A DNA stretch of 64,000 nucleotides from the human T2T-CHM13v2.0 reference genome, Homo sapiens: the NCBI RefSeq assembly GCF_009914755.1, contig NC_060930.1; one strand, 5' to 3'. A program made the position numbers and the translations under genes. Shown piece after piece: positions 27,152-39,468 of this stretch. Numbering within the stretch: the first letter of the stretch is position 1; every line of letters begins with the position of its first letter. The notes below the pieces were generated by a model. The model did not search any database. It was not told the DNA's origin and was given only the letters and a program-made list of their open reading frames with translations.

Positions 27152-28739
27152 TGTCCTTCAACTCAGTTCAATTCTGACATGAACTCCTTGGAGTTAGTGC
27201 AGATCCCACGGGAAGAGCTCAGTCCTGCAAGACTTCTCCCACTTCAGTTGTCAGAGCTGGGGGTCGGGGGGGCCTCATCTGCAAGTCGCAGGTCACCACC
27301 TGTACTTCTGACCAACCGGCTCTAAATCAGGGGTTCCCACAACCCCTTCCTCCCTGTGATAATTTGCTGTAACGGCTCACAGAACTCAGGAAAGCGCTTT
27401 TACTTACTGTACTGGTTTATTATACAGGATATAACACAGGAACAGCTACACAGAAGAGATGCATAAGGCAAGGTATAGGGGAGATGTGCGAGTTTCCACG
27501 CCCTCTCTGGCTGTGTCCCCTCCCAGCACCTCCCTTTGTGTGACAACCCAGAAGTTCCCCAAGTCCCATCACTTAGGAGTCTTTCTGGAGGTTTCATCCT
27601 ATAGGCATGATTGTTTAAATCATTGGCCACTGGTGACTGAACTCAACCTCCAGCCCTCTCCCCTCCCCAGAGGTATTGGGTGGGGCTGAAAGTCCCAACC
27701 CTCTAATCATGCCTTGGTCTTTGGTGACCAGCTCCATCCTGAAGCTACCTAGGGCCACCACTCATCGCATTAGCATACAAAAGACACTTCCCACTTTGGA
27801 GATTCCAAGAGTTTTAGGATCTGTGTGCCAGCATACAGGGACAAAGAGCAAATATTTAGTTTTTATTATTACAAGTAAGTGCTGATCAAAACTCCAAGAA
27901 TGGATGAGTTTGGTGCACACTTGTGTGTCCTTGAGTGTGTGTGGTATGTGCAGGTGTGTGTATACATGGGTGGCATGTGTGTGTGGTACATGCAGTGTGC
28001 CTGAAGTGGTAAGGTGGCTGCACATGGGAGGGAGCTGGAGCTTGTCAGAGAAGTGGGATTCAGGGCGGCTGTGTCTTTAAATTAGAATCCTTGAGGCCTG
28101 GATTCCCTTCTTTGCTGCCTCCCACTTTTCCTCCTTCAGCAGCTCTGCCACCTTCAAATCCCAGCCAGACACTATCAAGCAGGAAAAGAGCTACCAGAGA
28201 CCACCTCTGAGGAGGAGTCAAGCTCAGCATCCAGGGGCAGCCGTGCCCCGCTCCCCACTTCCTGACGGCAGCAGGTCCACAAGGAGGCCCCCACCACTGC
28301 AGTGAAGCGGGGAGGGCTTGGTGAGCCCCAGCCTCACCAGCAGCTCCCCGGCAGGATCATGCTGCCATTCTCGTTGCCCCTGTGCCCCACCATGGCCTCC
28401 ATAGAAGGTGTGTGGACATTGTCTGCCTTTTTGGAACTTGGATCTGAGTGGACCTGGGTTCCACTCCTGCGATGTGACAGTAGGTAGGTCACTCGCATTC
28501 TCTGAGCCAAATAAAAGGACTGAGTTAGATCCCTTAAGATGCCATTCCAGGTTCCACCTGCCTGCCTGGCTCTCCCTCTCATTCATGCTTTGCTACTTTC
28601 ACAAATGAAGCCTGGAAGGGCCAGGTGGAGGCAGGAACGTCCCTAACCTCCAGAGGTCATTGCAGGCAGCACCCTGCCTAGGTTCCAGGATCTCTGTCTG
28701 AGCCCAGGGCCCTCATCTGTCAGGCAGGGCCCAGTGGCT

Positions 28740-28960
28740 GCAGGGGCGGGAGCAGAGGGGGAGGTAATCTTCCCTGGAATATTAATGGCCCCGTCAGGAG
28801 TGCTGGGGACGAGCTGAGCAGCAATCTGCCTTTATTAACAAGGCGGGCGCCAGCTGGAGCGCGGGGCCCGGGAGAGAGGAGCTGCTGCAGCAGAGGCAGC
28901 TGCGGGGAGCTGCCCTCCTGGCCAGGGCAGCAGGTAAACAACAGAGGGCGCCTGGGCCTC
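28740..28960. promoter_or_regulatory. Candidate enhancer (E-box/FOX/homeobox, CpG-retaining)
   Basis: CAGCTG 28851 and 28897, GTAAACA 28934-28940, ATTAATGG near 28780, local CpG cluster. Confidence 0.35.
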
Positions 28961-29921
28961 AGAGCCCACCCACCCTCAGCCACTGCACCACCGGCCCCCT
29001 AGCTTGATCCCCTCATCTCTTCTGTTTCTTCCGTGCTGGAGGTAGGAGGGGCTCCTTCTTGGCTGGATGCAAGTGTGTGGGTATGCAGTGATATATGCAG
29101 GTGTACAGGGTGTGTGGGGGGTGTGCACATGTGAGCAGGCATATATGTGTGCAGATCTGTAGGCCTGGGACAAGTGCATGCCTACCTGAAGCCACCTGGG
29201 TGCCCAGCCACATACCACCCTGGGTGGCTAAGGGCACCCGCGTGCTTGGGGAACAGTGGGCTGACTACTCAGGCCACTGGTCTTCTAAGAGGGCAGGGGA
29301 GGAGGAATAATTTAGTCAGCCTTCACTCCACTTAATTATTTAAGCCACCACGAGTGCAGGGTTATGAAGCTGAGATTAACCACTGGTGCTATGGCTGGGA
29401 GCGATACATATTTCCCCTTCATTTTGTCTTTTCTGGTCACCAAATTGAATCAATTTATTAGGGTTGCTCACAATCGATTTGTTCTGATTCCCCAGCAGTA
29501 AGGAAGAGAAATGCGGCACCAGCCCCCAGGGCCAAATTTTACTCATTAAAATGATCCCTTTCCAGGCAGGGGGGGACCAGTGCGACCCCCTATTCACCTG
29601 GACTGAGCTGCCCTGCCCCAGAAGATAGGGGCACACCCATATCCGCTACACCCCTGAACCCTAGGGCCCCTCTAGGCCCTAACCTCAAACATTTCAAATT
29701 GAAACTAAATTCTCGCCCACCTGCCTCCCCGAGGCAAGACACTCATGCTCTGTGAACTGTGCTTTCCAAGGCTGATGCCAGCAGGAAAAGGGGCATAGCA
29801 CACACCTCACCCCAACACCTGCCACTGTGCCTGTGATGCCACCATTGGAATCACTGATCGCCAGAGTAACAACAAATTATTGTTAAGTGACTTGTCCAAG
29901 GTCACACAGGCAGTAAGCGGT

Positions 29922-30440
29922 TGTGGTACATATAGTGGATGAACTATCCAAAAGCCATTGTCAAGCCCCCTTTTTCTTTCCTTCCTTTACTCAATAGCTA
30001 AAAAGCCAAAATGCTCACCTTCCCAGCTTCCCTTGCTGCTGCTAGGAGTAGCCCTGCGACACAATTTTGGCCAACGGGCAAAAAGTGAAAGTCCTTGGAA
30101 CAGCCATTCCTTTCCAAATAAAAAGACAAAGCCTAGCTAGGGGAAGACCCTTTGCCCTTCCTGTTTCTCACTTCTTCTCCCTTCTGCTTATTTACAGGAA
30201 ACAGATGTGATGACCAGAGGTGCAGCAGCCACCATGTGACCATGAGGAGGACATGTATAGCTATGACAGAGCAGGAAAACAGAGATCCCTCGTCCCCAGG
30301 GACATCTTTGAGCTACTGTATCAGCTCAGGACTGCCTTCTCCCAGACTTCTTATTGGACAAGCCAAATAAACTCCTCCTTTGTTTAAGTCTCTCTGCAGG
30401 CATTTCCTGTTACTTACTGCCTAATATGCTCCTAGCTGAT
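29922..30440 (+). mobile_element. LTR33-like ERVL LTR inserted into an antisense MIR
   Basis: ttcccagcttcccttgc...aataaactcc...tttcctgttactt; MIR halves at 29882-29921 and 30441-30490. Confidence 0.7.
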
Positions 30441-30549
30441 GAGATTCAACCATAAGCAGTTTGGCTCCAGAGCCCCTGATCTTAGCAATCTTGTCCTCCC
30501 TGTCACTGAGTTTGTAGAAGACAAATTTGAAGGCTCTTCATGCCATAAC

Positions 30550-31373
30550 TTATTTTGAAAGACATTTTTTAAGAGTAGTTTTAGGATCACATCGAAAGAA
30601 AAAGATACAGAGAGTTCCTATATACCCCTGCCCCCTACATTCACAGCCTCCCCATTATCAACCCCTGCACCAGAGTGGTACATGTGCTACAATCAATGAA
30701 CCTACATTGACACATCATTATCACCCAAAGTCATAGATTACACTAGGATTCACTCTTGGTAATATACATTTTATGGGTTTGGATGAATGTACAATGACAT
30801 GTATCTACCACTGTGGTATCATATAGAGTATTTTTGCTACCCTAAAAATCTGCTGTGCTCTGCCTATTCCTCCCTCCCCCTCACCCCCTAAACCCTTGGC
30901 AACCCCTGATCTTTTTATCGTGTTCATAGTTTTGCCTCTTCAGGGATGTCACCTAGTTGGAATCATACAGTATGTGGCCCTTTCAGATTGGCTTCTTTCA
31001 CTTAGTAATATGCATTTAAGGTCCATCCATGTCTTTTTATGTCTTCATAGCTTATTTCTTTTTAGCACAGAATAATATTCCATTGTCTGGATGTACCACA
31101 GCTATTTACCCTTCATTTACTTAAGGGTATGTTGGTTGCATCCAAGTTTTGCAACTATGAATAAAGCTGCTATAAATATCATGTATAAGTTTTTGTGTGG
31201 ACATAAGTTTTTAACTCCTTTGGGTAAATACCAAGGCGCACAATTGCTAGAATGTGGTAAGAGCATGTTTAGTTTTGTAAGAAACTTCTAGACTGTCTTC
31301 CCAAGTGGCTGCACCATTTTGCATTCTCACTAGCAAGAATGAGAGTTCCTGTCGCTCCATATCCTCACCAGCC
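30550..31373 (-). mobile_element. L1MC-like 3' region
   Basis: aatcaatgaacctacattgacacatcattatcacccaaagtc...cagattggcttctttcacttagtaatatgcattt. Confidence 0.88.
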
Positions 31374-31532
31374 TTGAACATCCCCTCTTTTTGGTCCCCT
31401 CCGATCCCTAACTGAAGGGCTGTCTGTCTCACATAACTTGACAGCCTTGGCTTTAGAGTGGACACCTGAACAATAGCGGAGCCAATCAGATTCTTCCTCA
31501 AGAAGAGGAACCAGGCCTGGGACTTCGTCTCA

Positions 31533-32331
31533 TGTGGAGGACATTTGATGCACTGCCCAGATCTCCCTGAGGAATGAAGGGCATATTCCCCTAGCTGCTG
31601 AAAGTGCTGGGAAACAAGACACTCCCCAGCTGGATTAGTCCATTTTCACATTGCTATAAAGAATTACCTGAGGCTCGGTAATTTATAAAGAAAAGAGGTT
31701 TAACTGGCTCACAGTTCTGCATGCTATATAGGAAGCATGGCTGGGGAGGCCTCAGAAAACTTACAATCATGGCAGAAGGCGAAGGGAAAGCAGGCACATC
31801 TTACGTGGCCAGGGAAGGAGGAAGACAGCGAAGGCGGAGGTGCTACACACTTTTAAACAACCAGATCTCACAAGAGCTCACTCACTATCACAAGAACAGC
31901 AAGGGTGAAATCCACCCCCATGATCCAATCAACTCCCACCAGGCCTCTCCTCCAATACTGGGGGTTACGATTCCAAAAGAGATTTCAGTGGAGACACAAA
32001 TCCAAACCATATCACCAGCTGTCAGTGCATCAAGGATGGCCTCAGCCAAAGAGAGCTGCTTTGCCCATGGCCGTGCTCTCTTTCCTGGGCAGCCCACATC
32101 CGAATGCAGAGGAGCGGTTAAAGGCTCAGTCCCCTCACTATCCCAGGTCCAGGGCTTTCCACGAGATCAGAGGACATTTTGGGGATGGCATCACACCTCA
32201 GCTTCCCCCTCTGTCCGCTCCTGCACCTTCCCTTTCCTCCCACAGGGGTTGAGCCTGGGAACACTCCCTAGTAAACATCCTCCACAAGCTCCATGTCAGC
32301 GTCTGCCCCTCAGGGAATCCAACCCGGGACA
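31533..32331 (+). mobile_element. LTR16A-like ERVL LTR, split by MSTA
   Basis: tgtggagg...gcactgcccagatctccc start; ctcagccaaagagagctgc resumes after MSTA; ends gggaatccaacccgggaca. Confidence 0.75.
31631..32014 (-). mobile_element. MSTA MaLR solo LTR
   Basis: ggaggcctcagaaaacttacaatcatggcagaagg...caaatccaaaccatatca; perfect 5-bp TSD ccagc. Confidence 0.92.
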
Positions 32332-32639
32332 CACGAGCTGGAAGGACCTGAGACAAGTGGGCTGAAATGGTCACTACCATCCATGAACAGAGAAGAGGCA
32401 GAGACCTGTAGTGCTGTGAGAGGAGCGAGAGGCAGGACCACATGGCCCCAGGAGAAGGAGCAGGATGAACAAGTGTCCACGCTGATTCTAGAATGTTTTC
32501 CAGTTCCTGAGTCAGCCCCTAGCACAGCCCTCAGGTTCCATGAGACACCCCTGATTCCTCACAATACCCTCCCTGTTTTGTTGAGCTAGCATAGATGGAT
32601 TTTGGTTTCCTGCCATCAAACTATCCTCAAACAATAAAT

Positions 32640-33070
32640 ACTGCTACCCTGCATTTTAGGAATAAGAAAACTAAAGCCCAGAGGGGAAGGGCCTTCCCTA
32701 AGATCACATCAGGTTAGTGAGAGAGCCAGATTTTTATGTTTATTCATGTAACAAATAGCTCCTGAGGATCTACTGTGTGCCATGAATGGTGTCACTTGGG
32801 GCTGAGAACTGTGAGCAAAGTAGACATGACCCCTACGATCATCAAGTTCACCATCCAACAAAAGAGAAAGACAAGTCAACAGACGACTACAATATAGTGA
32901 GACAAGTGCTATGGCATTGCGTAGGAGGGCACCCATCCCAGGCTTGGATGCTCAAGGAAACTTCCCAGAGGAAGTGACATCTAAGCCAAGGCCTGCAGGG
33001 GAGCAGAGCCTTCCAGGAAGAGGGAACAGAATGTGAAAAGGCTCACAGTTGAAAGAAAATGGTGTATGGA
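32640..33070 (-). mobile_element. MIR fragment plus L2 3' end
   Basis: cattttaggaataagaaaactaaagcccagag (MIR); tttattcatgtaacaaatagctcctgag...ttcccagaggaagtgacatctaagc (L2). Confidence 0.65.
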
Positions 33071-33074
33071 ATTC

Positions 33075-33490
33075 ACACACTAGTTTTGTCTGTTCAACAT
33101 CTTTTCATTAGGGGAAACCACAGTTTCCCTGGCCCTGTGTTGGTTCCGTGAGGTGGTGAATCACTGGGCCTATGTCCCTCATGGTAGGGTCAGGTCCATG
33201 ACCCAGTCTAGCCCAATCAGAACCTCCCTCCAGAACCTGAATCTCTGAGGCAGACACACAGGGTGGAAGGTGGTAAGCACGGAGGCATCTCGTGGCTGTA
33301 CCCTAGAGAGATTGCCAATGTTACTCAAGACTCCAGAGCTGCCCTGGTTCCTGTTGATCCTGAGACCCGTTGTCTAGCTTCTCCTTCTATTCTGTGACCT
33401 CCTTCAGTAACTCCTCAATAAGTCCCCTGTTCTTGTTTCACTTTTTCAGAGTCAACTTTCGGTGCTTGCAGCCGAATAACCGTGGGATTC
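33075..33490 (+). mobile_element. ERVL-class LTR (LTR41-like), probable 5' LTR of adjacent provirus
   Basis: gcccaatcagaacctccctccagaacctgaatc...ccagagctgccctggttcctg...aataagtcc...gtgcttgcagcc. Confidence 0.5.
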
Positions 33491-34713
33491 ATGCAAAACC
33501 CTTAGGGATATGTGAGCTACTCGGAATTGGTTTTCATAACTCCATGGGGGAAAATCAGTAGGACTCTGGTTCATATTAGTGGATAGGAAAGTGGTTGCCA
33601 ATGGTACACAGTGGTGAACAACTAATCATGTTATACCCTCCGGTCACCTGGGACCATGTGCCAACCTAAAGTGAAAGACTATAGCAGCTGCCATGGACCA
33701 ATTTATAAAGGATGATGAGTGCTGGGACCATAGGCTGGATGGTTGTCCCTAAGACTAGATAATTTAAAGCAAGAAAATGACAGGCTCAAGTCAAAATGTT
33801 TACCTCGAGGCACAGAATAGAATTCAGAGCCTTATATGACCATGCTGAAATAATCTTTTATTGCATGTAGCCATGGAGCTGAAATTGCTGAAGAATGAAC
33901 TTAGACATTGATTCCGAAGCTACTGTGAACTACGGTGTCAGTGAATTCACAGCCTCACCAGGTGACTTCTGCGAAGTGGAGGGAATTGGCCAGGAAATAT
34001 CAATATCCTATTGGAACAGTGATATCTGGGAGGATTATAGGGACTCAGGAGACCCTAAGCATCCAAGTACCTCAGTGCACCACCCTCGGGCTCCCTCATG
34101 ACTCACTCTTCACTGTTTCTCCCAGAATATTCAGGACCCAGACTAAACATGATCCAGATGATAAAATTCAGAATCAGGATGGGAAATAGTTATACCCAGA
34201 AAGGATTGCAGAAATTCAGTAATTTATATTCCTAAGTTATGAGGAATATGTGTAGAAATGGATTTTGAGGGGGCATTTATCAAGGCGGGAGGGACATAAG
34301 CACAGGTTTGGCTGCATGTATTGGTATGGGTGCAGTCACCAGAAATTTTGCATTCAGGGTGTTCTCTCAGGCAGTTGGCAGAAGTTCTGACATTTTGCAG
34401 AAGTCACTAATGCAAACCTGGACCACATGATGGTCCACACTAATTGGCAAAAAGGGCCCAGAAAATGCTTGGCATGATTAGAGGAACAGAAGTCAAATAG
34501 CTAGAGAGAGGAATGCTGACTCGATCTCTCAATTCACATCCATTCCAGGAGCCTCTCCCTTCCTCCTTCCCTTGAGAATGCTCTCAGTGAAAAAGGGTAA
34601 TAATATTGTCTTTTCATTATCAAAAAATTAATAGCATATTTCAGATTTACAAAAGATATAAAGAATAATGTAACAAACATCTACGAACCTCTTATCCAAC
34701 TTAAGGTATGAAA

Positions 34714-35137
34714 TGTGTTAGTTTGGGTCCTCCAGGATGCAGACACCAAGAAGGGATTAGAAAATTCCTGCAAAGGAAAATGGGGAGAAAGGCGGAGGCA
34801 GTAGGCAGAGCCCTCATGGCACCACAGGTCTGACCACTGGGAAGGACCAAAGGAAGGAAGGAAGGCTGGGTCAGGAGAGTTTCAGGTGGTTGGGCAGCTC
34901 TGAGAAAGTTTCCGCAAGGCTGATGGGAAGTCCTTGAGCCACAGTCACCTGTAAGAGGAGCCCCGCATCTCACAGGATTGGGCCTGCCTGGCATCCCTGT
35001 AGGGCACAGGTAGGCCTGGGCAGGTGGTGTTGGTACAAACACAGTGGAGGAGTCAGAGTGCAGCCGCTGGGGCCAGCAGTCAATTACATGCACCGCAAAA
35101 GGTGATGTGAGAGGCACATTGTCATGGCCATGCATAA
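34714..35137 (-). mobile_element. LTR16B/C-like LTR inserted in ERVL internal
   Basis: tgtgttagtttgggtcctcc...gcagctctgagaaagttt...gctgatgggaagtccttgagcc. Confidence 0.7.
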
Positions 35138-35708
35138 CCATTTATTGGTGGTCAGTGCCAATAAAACTCCATATCAACCCTTCCCAAATCTGTAAAATGG
35201 GCTCAGCTACCCACTCTCAATAGTTAGAAATTATAGCAGAAGTGCTGCTGTTACAATGGGATTTCTAATCTTAGAGTGGGTGGGAGGAGCTTTAGTGGCC
35301 TAGCCCAGGTTAAGTAACTATGTGAAAATAGTGGTCATGGCCATCCCCTAAAAAGGAGGCAGGGAATGGGTTCTAAGGGAATCACTCCGAAAGCAGTGAT
35401 CCCTGGGTATGGGTAATTGATCAAGACATCCCTTGATCAGTGAAGGGATGAAATGAGCAAGTAGCCCATTGAGGTCTTGATTCTATAACCAAAATCTTCC
35501 AGGTTTGGTGAATGAAGGGCTTGCTTGAGTACCTGTAACTGAGATGGAATTCCCAGTCCAGGGTTGGTTCAGACCCAGAGCTTCTCAAATGCAGGGGCAG
35601 ACAGGGCCTTTGAGCTAGAACCTGTTATAGCAGCACACACGGGACATGATAAATCTTCCGTGAGCTTCCTCCAAACACAGCTGCTGCCCTTTACCTGGGT
35701 TACTAAGT

Positions 35709-36123
35709 TGACATGGTTTGGATATTTGTCCTCTCCAAATCTCATGTTGAAATTTCATCCCCAGTGTTGGAGGTAGGATCTCGGGAGAGGTGTTTGGGTC
35801 ATGGAAGTGGACCCCTCATGAAGGTCTTGGTGCCGTCTTCATGGTGAGTGCTTTCTTACTCTATTAGTTCCCAAGAGAACTGATCGTTAAAAGAGCCTGG
35901 CACCTCTCTTCCCTCTCTCTGGCTTCCTGACCTGTGATCTCTGCAGCTGGCTCCCCTTTGCCTTCTGTCATACGCAGAAGCTTCCTGAAGCCCTAACCAG
36001 GAGCAGATGCTGGCGTCATGCTTCTTCTACAGCCTGTAGAATCATGAGACAAATAAACCTCTTTTCTTTATAAATTACCCAGCCTCGGGTATTCCTTTAT
36101 AGCAACACAAATGAACTAAGACA
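35709..36123 (+). mobile_element. MSTB MaLR solo LTR inserted in ERVL internal
   Basis: tgacatggtttggatatttgtcctctccaaatctcatgttgaaa...tttataaattacccagcctcgggtattcc...actaagaca. Confidence 0.9.
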
Positions 36124-37624
36124 TGATCACAGGAGGAATGGGTGATTAGGGGATTATCTGAGCTAGCTCTAACTCCTGGGAACAGGAATGCCACTGTGGT
36201 CTCTAGGGCAGACTGGCACTTTGGGAGCTCAGGGATAACTGTTCCCACCTGAATCTTCCCTACAGTAGGTCAGTGGGACTTCAACCCCCTCCAGCAATGA
36301 CTTCTCAAGTTCCTGAAAGGAAATAGAGGTCTTTATAGGAGAGAAAACCCACATCAGCTTCTTGATCAGAAGACTAAGGCCTTAGTGATAGGAAGGGCCA
36401 GGAGGAAGTCGCTTGAGCTCCTTCTACCCATGAATACAGTAAACCAAAAGCAACACTGCAACCCCAGGGGACTGCGAGGCTGAGTGTCACCACCCAACAC
36501 CAGAAAGATGTAGTTGGGACAATACTGACGATATCTCCTTTCTATCCCAGATTGGCCAGTGTCAAAAATAGCCAGGTTTTAGCAAACAGCAGTGGCATGT
36601 TGTACACTTAATTGGGTGGCCACTCCATTTGCAGTTGCTGTTCCAGATGTGGGCTCCTTGGTAGAGCAAATTAATTCAGCCCTGTGCTTGGCATTCAGTT
36701 GCTGATCTGGAAAATGGAATGTACTCCACCTGACAAACAGAAAACACTTGAAGCAGTTTGCTTGCCCCTGGCAGAGAGAGGAACAGAATGGTACAGCTCT
36801 GCCTCAGGAAATTCTGGCTTTCTGGTTCTTCCCACAGCCTGGACCAGCTCCTCATCCCAACGGGCATCATCCTGCCAATGGGCCCGTACTTTGTATTGAT
36901 CGCACAACACTAATAGTGTCCAACTGGAAGGAAGTCACAGGTGTCCTCGATGTCTTGTTAAGATGCACATGTGACAGAGACTGGGCTGTGACTCAGGCCC
37001 TGGCACCTCAGAGAGGATCCTGCAGGTGCAGTGGTCTGAGACATGTTGGAAAGTTCTCTTCAAATGAAGAACTTAAAAGGAGGCACAATGCTCCATGACT
37101 TCTTTGGATTTTGAAGGCAGCCTTAAGATCAATTCTTTTTACCAACTTAAAAGGGGTTTCTAAACAACCTGAAAACATCCAGCTTTGAGTGGGGCCCCAA
37201 GCAAAGCCAGGCTCTACAGGGGGTCTCAGCTGTGGCCCAGGACCCTTTGTCCTCAGCCTTTCCTAGTGGTGGTGTTTAATGTCCAGGGTGGGGCACAATG
37301 CTGTTTGGAGTTCACCAGAGACAAGCCCCCAGTCGCAAATTCCCAGTGGAGTCTCTGGAGCTTCTGAATGAGTAACTCTTCTTTGAGGAAACGGGTCTCA
37401 CCATGGGCTGTAGGGAGACTGAATGCCTGACCCTGAGTCACGAAGCAGCCGACAGTCTGAGATGTCCATCATGAATCAGATGCCATCATCGATCCGAAGC
37501 CCTGCATGGGAAGTGCCCAGCAGCCCTCTGCCATCAGTAACCTTGCCTGTTGCCCTGTGTCGGGGCCCCTTCTTTCTGATCCACATGGGTGTTACCCTCA
37601 ATACTGGAGCAGAGACCGGCATTG

Positions 37625-38200
37625 TCAGGAAGGAATATTTCAATTGCAAGTAACAGAAAATACTGCCTTAAACAGTAGACAGGATGTATTGGCTGGCATG
37701 TTTTTTTTGTTGTTGTTGTTGTTTTTAATGCAAAGTTAAACTGCTTCAGGTGAGGCTGGCCCCAGCAACCCAGTGGTGTCACTGGAGACCCTACTCCCAT
37801 CTATCTTCTCTGTCTTCCATGGCGTCAGCGTTATCCTAACACTGCCCGCTCCGCCCGCTGATGGCTGTCAGCATTCGTGGAGCTACAGGCATATGCTCCC
37901 TCCTTCCAGTCCAGCGGCAGCGAGCACAGCTCTGCCGGTAAAGCTCCGAAAAACAAAGGGGCTCCTTTCCCCCGGAGTCCCCCAACACCAATTTCCTTGT
38001 GTCTCATTGGCTTGAATGGGTCCTGTCCCCAATTTGGACCAAATCCTGTGACTGAGGAGCTTCCTTGATTGGCTGCAAATACCCAGGCCCCGCTCCTGGG
38101 CTGAGGAGAGCCAATCCTATCCAAACAGTGTGACCAAGAATGGGGGAGGAGCTTCACTGCCGTAAAGTGGGGGCCGGGACGCTGGGCCTCCAGAACCGCA
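37625..38200 (-). mobile_element. MLT1K/L-like MaLR LTR
   Basis: ttcaattgcaagtaacagaaa...gtctcattggcttgaatgggtc...ttgattggct. Confidence 0.65.
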
Positions 38201-38695
38201 GGCTTCACACAGGGGGAAGGGGCGCTGAGGGGAATCAGATTTGCCCCTCCCCACAAACTTACAGAATAATAGTCCCATATCTCAGCTTGAATCTTATAAA
38301 CGCTCAGAGTCCAACCACATTCACGGGATTGTTCCCTCTTTAGGGCCTCTGTGAGGGATGAGGAGGGGAAGGGAGCCGTGGCCCGCCCGTGCAGGGCAGT
38401 GGGGAAACCCAAGTGCTTCACCCCCAGCTCTGTTTCTCCTGGATTCCCAGAGCAGATACCCTTCCCAACCGTAGGGATCGGCTTGCCCACACCCCCGGTC
38501 TGGTGGGCACCAGGGTGGACAGATGTCTATTCCTCCTAACAGGGCTGGGAAGGAGTCCTCCGGTCCTGGGAAAACACAGACCCTTCCTCAGGCTCCCCGG
38601 TTGACGACTTTTCACCCTATTGGCTTTCGAAAAGTTACACCACTTTTCTGACAATTCCCCCTCCCACCTTCTTTTTCATTATAAAAACATTTTCA

Positions 38696-39360
<665 letters not shown>

Positions 39361-39468
39361 ATATTTCAATTGCAAGTAACAGAAAATACTGCCTTAAACA
39401 GTAGAGAGGATTTATTGGCTCACATGATTTTTAAAAATACAAAGTTAAACTGCTCCCAGTGAGGCTGG
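39361..39468 (+). repeat. Local direct duplicate of 37635-37759
   Basis: First 45 bp identical, remainder alignable. Confidence 0.85.

Larger units (their letters stand above)
26100..27873 (-). mobile_element. MER21 LTR, split by MER4 insertion
   Basis: cacaatacttctgacatcaaatg (left) continues as ttcaattctgaca...ggctcacagaactcaggaaa (right of 27151). Confidence 0.8.
31380..32640 (+). mobile_element. Very old ERVL/MaLR LTR (LTR67/MLT1-like) hosting LTR16A
   Basis: gagccaatcagattcttcctc on the left; ggttccatgagacacccc...ttgagctagc...ttcctgccatcaaa 3' end on the right. Confidence 0.45.
33490..37600 (+). pseudogene. Decayed ERVL-type internal region (gag/pol remnants)
   Basis: 36607-36681 translates LNWVATPFAVAVPDVGSLVEQINSA, close to ERVL RT LNQVVTPIAAAVPDVVSLLEQINT; gag-like sequence ~34190-34450; many stops and frameshifts. 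Confidence 0.75.

Noticed and set aside
31721-32365. 214-aa ORF
   Set aside because: Reads through the MSTA and LTR16A LTRs; not coding.
37831-38490. 219-aa ORF and CCAAT boxes at ~38007-38117 suggesting a promoter
   Set aside because: Largely within an MLT1-like LTR whose consensus supplies these motifs; no protein homology evident.
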